Assembly (NCBI RefSeq): GCF_001194135.2
Contig: NC_068989.1
Coordinates: 49,326,585 to 49,390,584, forward strand
Direction: 5' to 3'
Origin: Octopus bimaculoides
Taxonomy: Eukaryota
DNA: 64,000 nt
A program made the translations under genes and the position numbers. The notes under the pieces were generated by a model that was not told the DNA's origin, searched no databases, and saw only the letters and a program-made list of their open reading frames with translations. This document shows positions 24,401-37,981 of the stretch, piece by piece. Numbering within the stretch: position 1 is the first letter of the stretch; the number at the start of each line of letters is the position of its first letter.

Positions 24401-27400
24401 TGAGATTATGCATGATTAATTCAAAACAATGTGAATAAATGCATTCACGGAGTAATCTGAATGCTAATGGGCTAAATTGTGAATACTGGAAAAAAATAAC
24501 TAACAAGTTGCCTCTCTGAACAGCCATGGTAAATTAACTGATGATGGTTTCAAATGAGAAAAGAAATCAGGTCACAAATTCAGTTTACTGAGAACTCACA
24601 GCTGCACCATCATGTTCATCACATTATAAATAAATGAATAAATCTAAATTAATCAATTCCTGAATTAAAAATAAAAGGTTTCATTTGATTTTTTTTTTTT
24701 TAAATCTTGAAACTCAAACATTTCAAGGGTAAATAGATAAAAATAAAGAAAACAAATTCTGATGGGAACTGAAAATAATGGCAACGAACCAAGTCATGAT
24801 AAATATTATTTATAATGAATAAATAAGTAAACAAATCAGAAAACAAAATATGTAACTGCAATATGTATTTATTCTTCTTTGAAGAGAGATAATTAGAATT
24901 AACAAAAAATAATGAATCTTTCTTTTTATATGTATATATTTTTATTCCTTGACACATGGTTTAAGAGGTAAAGAATTCATCATTTTTACGCACACATTTT
25001 GTTTCACTTAAAAAGAAACACTTAATATTCTTGATCAAAATTAATCTTCGTTTGCAGGCACATGGATAGAAATTCAAAGGACTTGTATATCCCCTAAATG
25101 CAACAAACAACTGNNNNNNNNNNNNNNNNNNNNNNNNNNNNNNNNNNNNNNNNNNNNNNNNNNNNNNNNNNNNNNNNNNNNNNNNNNNNNNNNNNNNNNN
25201 NNNNNNNNNNNNNNNNNNNNNNNNNNNNNNNNNNNNNNNNNNNNNNNNNNNNNNNNNNNNNNNNNNNNNNNNNNNNNNNNNNNNNNNNNNNNNNNATATA
25301 TATGTATTTGTGTGCCTGTGTTTACACCCCTCACCATCGCTTGGTGTGTTTATGTCACCGTAATTTAGCAGTTCGGTAAAAAGAGACTGATAGAATAAGT
25401 GCTAGGGTTAGAAAGAATAAGTCCTGGGGTTGATTTGTTCGACTAATGATGACGCTGCAGCATGGCCAGTCAAATGACTGAAACAAGTAAAAGAGAAAAA
25501 GAATATAAATATGTATGAGTGTGTGTGTGTGTATGTATATATATATATATATATATATACAAGACAATAATATGTGAAATATGGGCTATTACAAAGAGAA
25601 AAGAACATTCATAAGCTACAATGCAAAGGGCTATGAAATGATCCATCCTAAGAAGATCACTGATATGAGCATATCCAAAATAAGGCAATTTGAGAACAGA
25701 GTAGAGTGAATGATGTGATTGCAAAATACCTAAACTATTTGAGGAATATTTGGTTGTTATTTCTGGAAATATCAGCAGCCATGGAATGGTTCCTTTAATG
25801 CTATGCAGACTGAAGAGTTGTTATAGTAGATAAACCTCTTATATCCTTTTAGATATTGCAACATATTCCATGTCTATTTGGTATTCTAGTAGTAGATGTT
25901 ACTGATGTTTGAATTTCTCTTAAATATCTTTCAATAATTACTGCCATTTTAAACTCTTAGCTCTGGAAGCAACAAAGATACACCTAAATAGTCATTACAT
26001 CTGCTATAAATAGCCGTAGAATATCCCTCAAATGAGACCCTGCCACTTAGAGAAAGGAAAGAACACATTAAATAATGAATAATGCACAATGCCAGAAGGA
26101 TGGGCAAGATGGTTATGGCTAGAATGTCTTTGGTCACAGTTCTGTAGTTCCAGCTAGATTCACAACTCATTGAGGAAGCTTCTACATGTAAGTTCGACTG
26201 GCTAGAAATAATAGACAAATCATGCAAAAAATAATACAAAAACTACAACTTCTTTTGTAAAAAACCATTTGATAATTTAACTTTTTATGAAAAGACAGGA
26301 TTGGCATGGCAAGACTAGTTTTGGTGGTAAATCTTCTTGGTAAGGATCAAGGACTAAATACTGACAATGATCACATTTGACAATGGGATATGAGGTAAAA
26401 CAAAACAAAAATATATTCCTTCTAGAGTTACTTTTCTTGAGTCAATTCCAATCATCCACAATTCTATTAACTCAACTACTTTGCTTGTAGTAGCTTTTAT
26501 ATTATCAACAATAACAACAAATAAAGTCTAGTAAAATATAAATTTCCCATTAACAAAGACATTGAAGAGCGTTCTATAGATATTAGAAGAATGATTTAGT
26601 TCAACCAGAAGGCAGTAATATTTTAAATAACATCCTATTGGATTTTGGTGGAATGAATGACTCAATGCCAATCAACAAAAAAACTATAAAGAAAGAAATA
26701 GCAGGAGAGAAAGGTTTCCCATTAAATTCTTAACTTAAACAAAACTATAAATTCAAAAATGCCTACATGTGTGTTAATGTAATCTTTAATTACATACATG
26801 CTCTCTCTTGTCACCATATTTTTGTTGAAATCACTGCCTTTGTTGCAATTAATTAGATAAATAATGAACAATTTAGAAAACTACAGTAATTATTAAATTG
26901 TTGTTTGGAACATAAATTAACATGCACTTTTAGCTTGTTTTAAAACAGGAAGTTTGTATCATAGGATCAAGGATAATCTCAGGCAGGTTGGTATCAAAAG
27001 GTTTCACATCATCTTCACCATCACTATCATTCTACATCTGTTATCTAAGCTGGCATGGACTGGACAGGTCATTGTTGTCTTAGTCAGAGATTATTTGGAG
27101 TTATTACCTAGGAGGTCAAGCACAAACCACTTTACAGAATATATTGGATGCTCTTTTTGTGACACAGGAATGAATGATATCATCAAGTAAAGAAGAGGAA
27201 GCCCTCTCAATTAAGTGTGGTTGTAGTGGCAGCAGAAGAAGTGGTTTTATGCTTGGTGCTGAGAAGTTAAAGTATGGTAGAAGCATAGGTACAAGCATCT
27301 TACTATGGAAGACATGCATGTCTATCTTGCATTACATCAGAGTGGGTGACCACTAGCTGGAAAAGAATAGGGATGTTGGTAACAAGGAGTCAGAGCACAC

Positions 27401-30400
27401 TGTCATGGCACAAGAAGATGAATATAAGAAAGAAAGAATACATAATGAGGTGTAGCTTGTTAAGTTCAGAGAAGTGTGAGAGGAGAGTCACAGGTGGTTA
27501 CAGACAGACGGTCAGAGATTAATGTATACACACACACACATATATACACTCACATATAAATACACATACATGTACATACCTATATATTTATTTATGCACA
27601 CATACATGTACATATATATGAATACATATCCACACACATATGCAGATTCAAGTTTGTACAAATATAGTATACACTCAGATACATGTGCGCGCATGTGCAT
27701 GCACACAAACACACACAAATGCATACTCATGTACATACCCATATATTTATATATGCACACATACATATATATGTATCCACACATATACACACAGGCTCAT
27801 GTTTATACAAATATAGTACAGACACACAACGTGTCTATGTGTAACCATGAATAACCACATATATAAAATCTAACACAAATACTCATATGTGCTAGCTTGT
27901 GTGTCAGTGTGTGAAACTGTACATCCATATACTCACATAAACACAATCAAACAGGCAACTATACAACTCACGAAACACTATTGACCATTCTAATTATATT
28001 AGTTATGTATGTGACATTATGATGCTTTATCAGGATCAATTAACAGAACACCCATTGCAACTAGGGTCATTGATGTTGTAATTTTTTTAATTTTCCTTTT
28101 TTTTCTTTATGTTTTTCTAGAACTATCACCTTTACACCAATTCCCTACAGTTCTACACATTCCAAAATACACAAGGACTCCTACATAAAAAAAAGAGAGA
28201 GAAGGAAAAGAAAAAAAAGAAAATTGCAGCTACACGTGTTTGCAGCAACATAGTCTTGTAGTACACAGAACTAATTTTTGTCCAGCACATTACTGGCAGA
28301 CCAGGTCTGCTACAAAATTAATGTTACATCTTGCTTTTGTTTCTTTCAAATACAGAACAGCAATTGTTTCTAACATAGGTACAAGGTCAGAGATTCGACG
28401 GGGATGGTTCATTGATTACATTGATCCCAGTCCTTGACTGGTCTTTATTTTATTGAGCTGAAAGGATGAAAGGCAAAGTTGACCTTGGCAGGATTTGAAA
28501 CCAGACAGTAAAGAACTAGAAGCGAAGAACCGCAAGGCATTTTGTCTGATGCTCTAATGACTCTATTAATCCACCATCTTCATTTATGGAATAACAACAA
28601 CCAATATTCTTATTTTTAATATTATGCTTTGCAGTAAGGTGGTGAAGCTGGCAGAATCGTTAGCATGTTGGGAAAAATGCTCAGCGGCATTTCGTCCATC
28701 TATACATTCTGATTTCAAATCCTGCTGAGATCAACTTTGCCTTTCATCCTTTTGGGGTTCAATAAAATGAGTACCAGTAGAGAGCACTGTTGTCAATGTA
28801 ATTGACTTACCCTGCCTCTTGAACTTGCTGGCCTTGTGCCAAAATTTGCATTATAAAGTATAGAGCTAACAGAACCATTAGCAAGCCAGGTAAAATGCTT
28901 AGTGGTATTTCCTCCATCTTTAGATTCTGAGATCATATTCTGTCAAGGACAACTTTGCCTTTCATCCTTTCGGGGTCAATAAAATGAGTAACAGTTGAGT
29001 ACTGGGGGTGATTTAATCAACTTAGCCACTTCCCCTAACTTGCTGGCCTTGTGCCAAAATTTGAAATCAGTATTATGCTTACAAGTATTTGTTCTAGATT
29101 TTATATCATGAGTTCAAATCCCAAGGTCAGCTTTGCCTTTTGTTCGTTCAGGGTTCACAATATAAAGTACCAGTCAAGTAGTGGGGTTGATGACATTAAG
29201 TAACCCACTTCCCTCAAAATTCTTGATCTTGTCCCTAAATCAGAAACTATAACTTTTAGTAACAGAATTAATATTGGTTTCAAATAATCTTAGCACAAGA
29301 CCAGCAATTTTAGGGGAGGAGGTAAGTTCGTTACATCACCCCAACCCTCATCCACACCCTCCCCTTCCCCAGTGTTCAACTGGTACATATCTTATCAACC
29401 CCAAAAGGCTGAAAGGCGAAGTCAGCATTGACAGAGTCTGAACTCAAGACAGCGAAGCTGGATGAAATGCTAAGCCTTTTGCCCAGCACAGTAACTATTC
29501 TGCCAGCTCACCACCTTAGTGACAGTTTTAACATTCTTTACTCGAGTATTACAGCTGTTAACAGTAAAATGATGGCTTTAGTTTTTGCAACCTTTAGTTG
29601 TATTTCGTCTTAGTTCAAATATCATCAGAGTTCATTTTAAATTTTCTTTCTCTTTAGGTTAGCAAAATATGCACCAGTGACATTGATTAAATAGACTAAC
29701 CCTTTCCCATAAAACATGTAGCCATGTGTCTAAGCAAGAAGAAACCGTTATTATTGTTCAGGTAGATAGTGATGTGTTAAAAAATGTATGCAAAATTCAT
29801 AGTTAATTAAAATTTGTGTTTAAGCATAAGAAAACAAAGCGAAAAAAACTAACAACTATCGTTAGTAATTATCAAAGAAAAGAGGAGATAATTACAAAAA
29901 ATTAAGAATTAATTTCACAGAAAATTTAATTCTCATGCTTACAGAGAAGTGTCAAGGTTAGTAATTCCTCTTTTATTTCTTCTATCAACTCATGGCTACA
30001 AAATGAAAGGCAGATTAACAGAAGTACAGATGGTAACAGAGCACTAGTAATGGCGCAGATAATACAGCAGTGGACAAGAAGTAGTCTTGCTGTCATCATC
30101 ATTATCCCCATTTAATGTCTGCCTTCCATCCTGGCATGGGTTGACAGGAGCCAACCAGGTAGGAGCCTGCAGCAGAACTCTGTGTCTGTTTTGGCAGGGT
30201 TTTTTATGACTGGATACCCTTCCTAACACCAACCACCCAGCAGAGTGGACTAAGTGCATTTTACGTGGCATAAGCACAGGCGAGGTCGGTTCTGGCATGG
30301 TTTTTACAGCTGGATGCCCTTCCAAATGCCAACCATTTTACAGTACACACTTTTTTCTATTTTTTAGTCAAGAGGAAAGGTGGTGTCCATAACCTTTGAC

Positions 30401-33400
30401 AGGGCTTCCAGGACTAATAGAAGGGAAGAATGTATCATTAAACCTGAGATTACACCCAAATACTTGCAACAGAGTGGACTCCATTAATGGTAACCAAGGT
30501 GTCAGGTGATGGGATTAAATTAGATAATGGATCATTAAGTCTACCACCTAAACAGGCTATGATAGGATTTGAACTCAGAGCACAAAGAGCTGAAGTGAAT
30601 ACCACAAGACATCTGGTCTGATGATTTACCTGTTGTGCCAATCCACTATCCTGGATTAGTACATTTTTTTTTTATCAACTCTGAGAAGATGTAAGGCAAA
30701 GTTGACTCCAGCAGAATTTGAACTTAGCAAACAGGTACAATTTTTTACATTATCTGCTTTGACCCAGCACACTAACAACTCTGTCACTTTGCCACTAATT
30801 ATGGGGTCGATAATTTATATATTAGTGAAAAACTGAATGTGATTCATTTGATTATAGCAAATTCTAAACAGAGCAAAATTTCTACTGATAGGAAAAATCA
30901 TGAAAAACTGCATGTATTTTATGTTGAGCTAAATTTGTGGTAAAGTGAGTCTAGGATACAGTTTCAATTCCAAGTGAAAGCTATTCTGCTTTATTTATCT
31001 CACTTTAATGCCTGGACTGGGCTCTGTGTTGTGTTCTTGAGCAAGACACTTTATTTTCACGTTGCTCCAGTTAACTCAGCTGTAGAAATGAGTTGCAACA
31101 TCACTGGTGCCAAGCTATATCATCCTTTGCCTTTCCCTTGGATAATATCGGTGGTGTAGGGAGGGGAGGCTGGTATGCATGGGCAACTGCTGGTCTTCCA
31201 TAAACAACTTTACCCGGACTTGTGCCTCAGAGGGTTACTTTCTAGGTGCAATCCCAGGGTCATACATGACAAGTGGGTTTTTATCCTTTACTCCACTCTT
31301 TGGAAAGGATGACTTCCTAATTACTCAATCACATATCACAGGGTTACTTGTAAACAGAAATAAAAGAAGAATATTATTACTAATAACTACTATATATAGT
31401 TATTACTAATAAATACTATATATTTATTTACCGCCATTAATGAATAAGACGTAAACATTAGTAGCTATATTGAGAGGTTGATGTAGGTTCTGTCTCCCTC
31501 AATATTTTCATGCTGACGCCTGCTTCCAAATAAAGCAACATGGAAAGAGAAATTACTGAAGGGGAAAAAAATATGAATGAAGATAAAAACCCTATTACTT
31601 GCAACACCTGAGAAATCTTTAGAAGAGAAAAAAGAAGACAGTGCAACAAATTCTCATTGATGGATATAATTTATATATTTTGTATGCCATCATTATCATC
31701 AACATCTTCTTCTTCTTACTATTATTATTATTGTATCACAAGCAATAAATCTATAGAAAATACTCCAAACAGATTAACACGAAATAATATATGAGAAGGT
31801 GTGTTATATCAAGAAATTAATTATGATGTGCATGTGTTTGTATGCATACGGAGATATCAGTTTAATAAATTACACCTTTGTATGCGCATGTGAGTGGCTG
31901 TGTTGTAAGAAGCTTGCTTCCCGACCACATGGTTCTGGGTTCAGCCCCACTGTGTGGCACCTTCAACATGTATCTTCTACAATAGCTTCAGGCAGACCAA
32001 AGCCTTGGAAACTGAAAGGAGCATGTTATGTGTGTGTGTATGTGTATGTGTGCGTGTATGTATATGTGTGTGTATGTCTATAATGTGTGTGTGTGTATTT
32101 ATGTGTGTGTCTGTATTCATCCCCCCACCATTGCTTGACAACCAATGTTGGTGTATTTAAGTCCTTGTAACTTAGCAGTTTGGTAAAAGAGTCAATAGAA
32201 TAAATACGAGGCTTATAAAGAATAAGTCCTGGGGTCGATTTCTTTGACTAAAAAACCCTGAAACAAGTAAAAGAATAAAAATATAGTGTTTAGGTCTATA
32301 ACTAACGCTTCACCAAATCAATTGTATACCGTGTGTGGAATAATTTGATCCTACTACATTCATACAGATGCAAATATACGAGACATATTTCAATCTAATT
32401 AAAAGTTATACACTCACAGTTAAGTCCACAGTTAAAGGAAATAACAAGAAATCAGTTGTATTAATATTTTACTTTCCTAGTAACTATTAGTTTAAGATAT
32501 TTTTCAAATATAAAAGTTAGCATTTAAACCAGCCATATCTGGCCAAAATATTCCATCTGTTTTATGTTACCCCACAACATCATTCTTAAAATAAACAGTC
32601 ACATCATTGAAATCTTCAAGCTATGAGATAATGCATGCTTAGTCAAAACAATGTGAATAAACAAGCATTACATTTGACAGTAATCTGACTGGTAAACAAA
32701 CAAACAACACAATGAGCATAGAATATTAACCATTTCAAATAGTTTCTGGAAGGACATGATATAACAACTTGGCATATAGGGTTACTGTTTCTTACAATCA
32801 CTATTTTGTTTCATAATATGCACCCATACATTTGGAAATTGAAAAATTTACATTCTCTTGCAAGATTGTGGTACCATGAAAATGTTTGATGAAAAAGACT
32901 GCAATGCTTATCTATTACTTATTCAATATTGATTTATAATGAGAGAATTTGCAGGCTAAAGATGCTTGATGTATGGTTACTGATAAGCACAATTTTGAGG
33001 GGAGCAGTTAGATGATTCCCAGAGGCTTAAAGGCAAAGTTGACCTCAGCAGGGTTTGAACTTAGAATGTAAAGAACTGAAAGAAGAAGAATGAAGCCTTT
33101 TGCCAATCCACCATCCTGTGCCAGATCAATAATAACACAGTTAAGAATTTAGATCTTATAATACAAGATCTGCTATTTTTAATTCCTTTATGTATTTCAA
33201 GGAGAAAGAGAAGTACTCAAACTTTACAAGCATTTACTGCTAGACAATGTATATGCAGTCGGTATTTAGTTTGTGCTATGATGTGAGTATACACATCTGA
33301 CATAAAATGGTATTACACAAAAAAATAGTTGGTTGTGGTTATCTAAAAATAACCTCTTGCAGAAATATATGTTAACACAGAATGCACTCTGTACTACTTG

Positions 33401-36400
33401 AACATAGGTACAGTACTCAGTTTTCACTGTTCAACTACCAACTGTCGAACTAACACAGCTAACCAACATGGTCTAACTAACACTGTCAACTACTCCTTGA
33501 CAGTTCACTCAGTTCTTATTTATTGTAATCAGTCCACCTTCAGTCACGTGGAGGTGTTCAAGATTCTCCCATAACAGTTTGAATATAATTTGAGTAATAA
33601 CTGTGGGGAAAATGAAGACTGTGCAAGTTGCAGATGGTAATAGTCCTAAGAAAGAATTTTAGAGAAATATTTTGTTATAGTGATCTCCAAATGCTGAACT
33701 TTACAAAGGAGATGACAGAGGATTGAGATTTGTGGCACATTGCTGTATTTCAGAAGACCCACCCACTACATGAGAATTGAGATCCTAAAACCAAGGTGCC
33801 ATGTAAAAAGCACTGGTCTGGGTGCCACTTAAAAAGCACCTGTGATGTTTCCACATAAAAATCACTCAGTACACTTTGTGGAGTGGTTGGTATTAAAGGG
33901 CATCCAACTGTAGCAAACAAGCCAAAACAAAATATGGAACCTGGTGTAGTCCTTCCCAGTTCCTGTCAAGCTGTCCAACCCATGCCAGCCTGGAAAACAG
34001 ATACTAAAATGATGATGATATTTAGAGATAAAACAAGAAGTGGCAACAAGAGGAGAGATGGATGCATCATGTGTTGAAGAAGAAATAGTACATAGCTTAC
34101 TAGTTCAGAAAAATAAAGTAACTGTAGTAGCATAGAAGATACAAAGAGAAGAAACAGTGTGTCTATGAGATAGTAATTGTTGTTTGTTGGTTGGTTGGTT
34201 GGTTGGTTGGTTGGTGGAATCAGCATGAAGGAAACTATTAATATTGTTTGGTTGTAACTGTGGGTGTTGATCAATATCAACACATACAATGATTATATTC
34301 AGGCTTAAGTGAACAGTGTTGAAGTATTTTCTTGTTCAGGAAATGAAACCTAAACTTAAGATTCACATTTATATAGTTACGGTTGCTATGAAAAATGAAT
34401 CTGGGATTGTGTATCCTAGATTCATAGTATGTTGGAGTGTTTGTGAAATGTTCATATGCAAACAGGGTGTAGCGCAAGACTTTTTTGTTTTACTTCTATG
34501 ATATAAGTAATAAAATTTTTGTAAGATACCATGTTGTCATGTTTATTTCCAAGAATCTTTCCAGTGTATCTGGCAAGGTGTATCAATGTTACATTTGGAA
34601 AACAAATATATGCAGAAGTTTAAGAGGGAGTTAAGAATGGTATCATATGCTCAGAAATGAGAATTGGTGGAAGAGACAACATCGTTAATCAGAATCGTTA
34701 AAATCAGGGTCAGAGAGAGCCCCATAGACGTTAATCCTTTTGATACCAATCTGCTTACCATTGATTCAATAATATAAACTTACTTTAATTTAAAACTTAG
34801 CTTAAAAGTGGTCTACATTAAAACTTTCCATCACATATCTAGTTAATCTGTTCCAAACATCAGCCTAAATAATGACAAAGTTATTTAACAAGATTCTTCA
34901 TTATTTTCAAAATTAATTCAAATAAACCAAGAAAAATGGTATTGAAAGGGAGACTTAATCACTTGAATTAAACTGCTCTATTAAAATGTAGAGATTTGTA
35001 GGATTTCTATGTTGGCAGCTTTGTGTTAGAGAGAGCTAAAATCTCTGGTAACATTAATGGATAAAAAGATTGCTTTTGACAAAGTTTTCAGCAAGAAATT
35101 ACTGGTGAATGACAATAACATTTTCTGATAGACTTGGCTCTGCAGAAATCAGTCTAGTAGTTTATAGAGAAAGAAAAATGGATATGTGGTAGTTCACAAT
35201 TGTTTCAAGTTGGAATTGAGAAGATTGAATAGTAGTTTGAAAGATTATGATAAATGTTCTCCATGGGAATAGTTAACAGTAATGTGTGACAGCATTGTGG
35301 ATAATGATGGCTATATGCCAGTACTAAATGCCTTCTTGGATTGAAATAAATGGGAGGGAAGGGTTGCATGTTTTATTTTTTTTTCACTTTATTACTGTGT
35401 GCTGGTGATGAGAGCTGGTCAAGAAGGGATGATGTGGTCAAGAACAGATGATGTACAACATGGAAGCAGAAACAAGAGACAGCAAGTTTTATGGTTTTAC
35501 CAACAGGAATACTACTATCTGGGTAATCTTGTTCAGGAGATTTTGTAAGAATATGACACAACCAAATATTCACCAGCTTAGACTTCAGTACTTTACAGTA
35601 TTTACAATAATTTTCCTGTTCCTGATGATGATGGTAGATGCAAAAATTGGACATTGATTGACCTTCCCAGTTATAATGATGAAACAAAAACATGTATTGC
35701 AAATTAATTTCTATGGATTGAATGTTCATAGTAAGTGGCATTGTTAATACTGTAAAAGTCTGCGGACTGAATCTTCTGAATAAAAGAATGAATGTACTCA
35801 TCCTCACAGCTGAAAGTCAGTGGCCTCAGACATGACCACCACTCATCATCATATGCTGTAGTCTAATGTTGCAGCTATATACTTTAGCAGAGTCCTCTTT
35901 ATTTGGTTCTTGATGTCATTACTCCGTCTTTGCCTTTCTCATCCATGAGAATATTCTCTGTCCACCCAGCCCCTGAAGATATAAGCACAAAGGTCCTGGG
36001 CCCTGGTGACATGAGACATATAACTATCTTCACCAAGTTTTCTTTTTTACCCACCTCCTCCAGGAGGACTTTTCAATGAGTTGCCCAACTGATCTACGAC
36101 ACTTGCCTGCAGAATGTCATCTCAAATGCTCTGTCATTTTATGCTTAGGATTTATGATCCACAACCAACAATACTATGGGCCAGACCAGGTTCTCTAAAA
36201 GTTTTTGCTTAGTGCATTTGCTGAGAGTACAGTCTCTCTATTGAGTAACTTTACCTTCTAAAGAAGAACAAAATATTTCAATATATACAGAGAGCAGTTT
36301 CTTCACAATGGCCTGCACTTTATGCTTCAAACAAAAGCAATTAGTATCCTCTACATGCTAATTTAACCTGCTAAAAATAGCAGTCAAATCATATACTCTA

Positions 36401-37548
36401 ATGTCTTTAACACATTAACTACAACATCTACCACTGGTAGTTTGATCACAAAATTCACACAACAGGTTGTGGTGGTTAACATGTTAAAAAGGAAAGGACA
36501 CATCAGATAATATGAGAAATATCAAAAACTGACAAGTTGGTCATGACATGAATGTCTGATCAAAGATCTGCTTATCTGTCTAACCTAAGACTAAACAATA
36601 ACATTACACAATAAGACAGAATGGCAAGACAGGTGTAAAATATTCTGGGTTCTGCACAGCACACAGCATAAATACAAGATGTGTAAAAGAACATATAGCA
36701 AGGTCACATAGCAGACAAAACCACAACATATTGACAATGCAAGACTGATGGCGCAAGGTTAGTATAACTCATTCAAAAGGCTAAGGTTTGAACCTGTGAC
36801 AATTTAACAATGTTCAAACAGTTTTGATAATCTACAATTATCGACCACTAACGAAGAATGAACTTCTTTTCTTTTATTGTAAAAAAGCTGAGCGTCTGGC
36901 ACCAAGAACGTGCCAATATGTCTACTAAATAGGAAATGTCACTGAGATTCAAGTGCTAAAAATCTAAGAAAAGGTGTTAAGAACGCTTTTATGTGATAAA
37001 AGTCCTATAGTAAACTTGATTAGTATAAAACTATTAAGAAGTTCATTATTAACTTTGATGAGCTAAAATTCCTTATCATACATTTTGTATAAACTATTTA
37101 GTTGTCAATGATGACTTCTGTGAGAGAAAAAAGAGGGGTGATGAGGGAGAGATAGAGTGTTATGTTTTGGTTTGCAGCGATAGATAGTAGCTAATATCAA
37201 ATCTTTTCTATTGGCAAACAAACTTGTAACACTCATGAATAAATGGATATAGAGCTACACACACACACATATATATATATATATGCATGTATGTGCATGC
37301 GTGTGTGTGCATATGTTTTGCAATAGATAAGAGATTATATGAATGTATGTCTTCATCCCTCCGTAAGAGCAGTAGAAAGAGAAGAAGAACAGGTGAAATA
37401 TAGAGGAAGGAGATAAAAGCAGAATAAAAGAAAGTGGGAGGAGTTGGGAATGGCTTGTAAAGAAATAATGTTGATATATGTGCATCTCTCACATTCCACA
37501 TATAGAGGAAATAAAAGACAGAGATAAAGGTAGCATATAAGTGATTAG

Positions 37549-37594
<46 letters not shown>

Positions 37595-37981
37595 ATATGT
37601 GTGTGTGTGTATGGTGTATCTTTTATCTTTTATGTTTCTGTTTATCTGACTACCTTTCCCATTCGAGAGAAAGAGAAAAAAAGAAATAATGAGCATACAT
37701 GTCTATATATATGTGTATATCTACCTGTATTCCTCTCTCTCTCTCTAAATATTCAATCACTGATGGATTTTGGAACTTATCAAACATTACTGATTCTTGA
37801 ATAAATTTTATGAAAAACAGGCAAACCAATTTTTCTAGTTTTTTTTTGTTTGTTTTTGTTGTTGTTTTGTTTCATTATTTCAGTGTTGCTTATAACAAGT
37901 TATTTTCTTTTTATTAAATTACCGTCTTTTCTTGTATCACAAGAATGACTTAGCTTACTGTTAGTTGACAGGGACTAATGA
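18666..37981 (-). CDS. Tentative multi-exon gene of unknown function; exons 37959-37981, 33548-33600, 29943-29995, 25999-26045, 24600-24643, 23716-23869, 20465-20492, 19876-19939, 18666-18696
   Basis: All exons are GT-AG-bounded and chain in phase: ISPCQLT-LLLKLYSNCYGRILNTST-HELIEEIKEELLTLTLL-LAGSHLRDILRLFIAD-IYSFIYNVMNMMVQL-IRESGTVPMTIAVSLKLVRLVQLMFELSNLQVQKIPKDCSSEDERLAKMSE-VSVISGTSAG-TVEEANGEHLFVNLEEINIYM-FKKEIEVKI*. Best supported are 29943-29995, 23716-23869 and 20465-20492. No recognisable domain. Confidence 0.35.
18709..18776. repeat. Degenerate 17-bp minisatellite, 4 copies
   Basis: ggaggtggtgacagacc / agaggggttgacaaacc / tgaggtggtgacacact / tgaaatagtgacacacc. Confidence 0.75.
20807..21016 (-). 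mobile_element. piggyBac-like MITE, inverted relative to the 22591 copy
   Basis: TTAA|CCCTTTAGCATT left end, ctaaaGGG right end; the interior is the reverse complement of the 22591 and 24260 copies. Confidence 0.75.
21273..21402. repeat. (GA)n microsatellite with a gap
   Basis: Directly visible. Confidence 0.95.
21830..21990 (-). mobile_element. RTE LINE 3' end, young
   Basis: (CAT)n-gtttaacgtccgctttccatgctagcatgggttgg..., closely matching 60961-61099. Confidence 0.85.
22591..22816 (+). mobile_element. piggyBac-like MITE; further copies at 24260-24471, and partial at about 22200-22415 and 32520-32690
   Basis: TTAA TSD on both sides (22587-22590, 22817-22820); CCC...GGG termini; 12-bp TIR with 2 mismatches. 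Confidence 0.8.
22888..23117 (+). mobile_element. tRNA-derived SINE family B (Deu/Nin-domain-like core)
   Basis: GAGTTCAAATTCC B-box-like motif; gactttgcctttcatcc.ttYggggtcgataaattaagtaccag core; A-rich tail. Confidence 0.85.
28390..29520. mobile_element. Cluster of about five family-B SINEs in mixed orientation (-,+,+,+,-)
   Basis: The ctttgcctttcatcc core is seen on + near 28740, 28950 and 29130, and as its reverse complement near 28470 and 29410. Confidence 0.75.
30090..30345 (-). mobile_element. RTE LINE 3'UTR fragment, diverged; a plus-strand relative lies at 33790-34020
   Basis: (CAT)n tail, catgggttg and acagctggatgcccttcc motifs shared with the younger copies. Confidence 0.75.
31893..32278 (+). 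mobile_element. SINE family A; further copies at 25295-25500 (3' half), 38425-38610 (5' half), 46875-47285 (-) and 52335-52770
   Basis: Same head, core, internal TG microsatellite and aagtcctggggtcgattt 3' domain. Confidence 0.8.
35850..36190 (-). mobile_element. Highly decayed RTE-type LINE 3' fragment
   Basis: RAFEMTF-like peptide on the minus strand followed by a gcatatgatgatga tail. Confidence 0.45.

Noticed and set aside
25949-26239. 96-aa hydrophobic minus ORF as a transmembrane protein
   Set aside because: Hydrophobic ORFs are common in AT-rich DNA; the strong internal acceptor favours a different frame (25999-26045).
26980-27510. LINE-like decayed fragments, also at about 9320-9790, 35040-35800 and 55080-55240
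   Set aside because: They look TE-derived, but no diagnostic motif could be read, so they are not assigned.
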